Source: Leptogorgia sarmentosa | Lineage: Eukaryota | DNA length: 64,000 nucleotides | Assembly: GCA_964658305.1 (NCBI GenBank) | Contig: OZ210885.1 | Span: 8,308,001 to 8,372,000, forward strand | Direction of reading: 5' to 3' | Shown: positions 62,326-64,000 of the stretch, piece after piece | Layout of the letters: each line of letters begins with the position of its first letter | How positions within the stretch are numbered: the stretch's first letter is position 1 | Notes under the pieces: model-generated | Seen by the model: the letters and a program-made list of their open reading frames with translations, nothing else | Databases searched by the model: none | Told to the model about the DNA's origin: nothing | Translations under genes and position numbers: made by a program

Positions 62326-63079
62326 CCTCATCATCGTCTCATTAATCGCTACATCCTTACGCACAAATTGTTAGCTTTGTCGCGCACATTTAAAATAAAA
62401 GCTTGCATATAAAGGTTTAAAAATAAAAGTTTAAAAATAAGAGCTTGAATAAAAAAGTTTAAATATACGAGTTTAAAATAATCACTCCCTCTGTGAAGTT
62501 CGTAGCATATTAAGTACACATGTTTTTGTTAGCTTTGTAACGCTACACCATTATTACAACACGCATTGTTAGCTTTGTCGCGCTACATTAAATTAAAAAT
62601 ATTCATATAAGCTTGAATATAGATGTTTAAAAATACAAGTTCATATTTTAAATGTTTGAAAATAAAAATTTGGCCCTTTCGCAATATATGGGCAGATATA
62701 TTTAATATCGAAATAGGTCAGGGTCATAACAGTGGTTCGGGTCAAGGTTACTGATTGTGAGAATACATGTGCGCCTCTGTATCACAATACAATATATATT
62801 TGACATTTATTCTACTGTCACACGTCCTTTTTAGTCGCACACACACTCTTTTACTGAAAATTATACCATTTTTATATGCGTATACAAGTTCACTTTTATA
62901 ACATGCATATGTGTCTGGAATACATGTCGCGACACGCTACTCTGCCTATAAGAATTCCCTCGCTAACCGCTGTCTGAATCAATTAACGTCTTGCATACTA
63001 ATTACTTCCGCCGCTATACGTACGGTATAACCTACTCAGAGTGCCACTAAAATATTTTCCCTCCCACCCCATTCCTACT

Positions 63080-63735
63080 CCTGGACAGGTATTTTTGAAA
63101 TACTGACACTAGGGATATTGAATAATGAATGAAGTAAAATGTATTAAACATTGAATCAGAAATAACCAATTTCCATCCATTTCCAGTAAATATGAAGCTT
63201 GCGTCTATTATCAAATTTAAGACTTTCAAAAATTTCCAGTAATGCGCCGATATAGAAATTTACCGATTTTCTGACACTGATATTCAAGGAATGATATTGT
63301 CCCATACACCATGCAACAAGTCAACTACCGCTTTCAATATCCTATTTCCCTTCGAATTTCACAACTAAAGGCTGCATTCCCATTAACCGTTTTTACACGT
63401 ACGTGTACGCACGTAAAGGTCTAAATCTCTCTACATTTTATTTTATTAATAGAATACCTTTTAGAAACACATACTACATCATTCATGGTATGAGATGTTT
63501 TACATGTATTCATGTGACTGCATAGAAACTAACGTTGAAATTAATTTCACTAATTTTTACATGTACGTACACGTACGAAAAACGCGTAACTGGAAAACAG
63601 CCGTAAGATTTACTCTGAAAATTGCATCTTAAGTATCACTTACGAACGACCCACACTTGAGATAAATATAGCCATTGATCGCTGATAACTTGGAATATGG
63701 TGAAATATCAAGTACCTACTCACCAGGCATGAGCC
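63080..63735 (-). repeat. Arm B of the inverted segmental duplication (partner 33385-34015)
   Basis: Reverse complement of 33385-34015. Confidence 0.85.
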
Positions 63736-63749
63736 GCGGAAGCAACTCA

Positions 63750-64000
63750 AAAGTCGGGGGGGGGGGGGCACAATCAAAAAAGGGCACGGATGAAAAAGGG
63801 CACGGATGAAAAAGGGCACTTTCCTTTCAAAAAAAGGGCACATTTACCTTTGTCCAAATTTGGCGGGGCACTTGCCCCCAATGCCGTAAAATACTGATAT
63901 TAATGATTAATTACATTAGTATATCAAGCGCACATTATATGACACAAAAGGCCCTATATAACACAAAAAGGGCACAAATCTAATCGAAAAAAGGGCACAT
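63750..64000. repeat. MITE-like end with aaaagggcac subterminal repeats (runs off window)
   Basis: G-run followed by several aaaagggcac motifs. Confidence 0.5.

Larger units (their letters stand above)
55302..63079. mobile_element. Polinton/Maverick (adintovirus-like) element, right portion
   Basis: Compact intronless virus-like gene block (major capsid end, adenain, two conserved ORFs, packaging ATPase) plus accessory genes. The right end is inferred where identity to the empty mirror copy starts; the bottom strand begins AGTAGG. No pPolB or integrase in the window. Confidence 0.85.

Noticed and set aside
1..64000. Prokaryotic operons or defence systems
   Set aside because: Spliceosomal introns, eukaryotic tRNAs without encoded CCA and animal-type transposons show this is eukaryotic nuclear DNA; most short ORFs in the track are spurious.

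Overview
AT-rich eukaryotic (animal, invertebrate-like) genomic DNA, not prokaryotic. (1) 1-2.3 kb: decayed Helitron/Helentron Rep fragment. (2) 3.1-32.0 kb: the last 10 coding exons (all GT-AG, phase-consistent, ~946 codons) of a + strand NWD1/NWD2-like NACHT-WD40 gene. Its introns hold many MITEs, hairpins and a DIRS-type tyrosine recombinase relic. (3) 35.8-42.9 kb: a cluster of ~16 tRNA genes and pseudogenes shaped by local and mirror-image duplication; one tRNA-Thr is split by a Tc1/mariner element. (4) 43-63.1 kb: a nest of mobile elements sitting in one arm of that mirror duplication. It holds LINE and KDZ-like relics, a fold-back Tc1, and a tyrosine-recombinase relic. It also holds an apparently intact Mutator-like element carrying a second, convergent, spliced HMG-box/zinc-finger gene that the ORF track misses. 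Its right part is the right half of a Polinton/Maverick (adintovirus-like) element: capsid C-terminus, adenain protease, two core-like proteins and a packaging ATPase. Once a CACTA-like insertion is removed, this element also carries a Bcl-2/Mcl-1-like gene and a triple GRF zinc-finger gene next to its likely terminus. All calls are from motif recognition by eye; no database searches were run.
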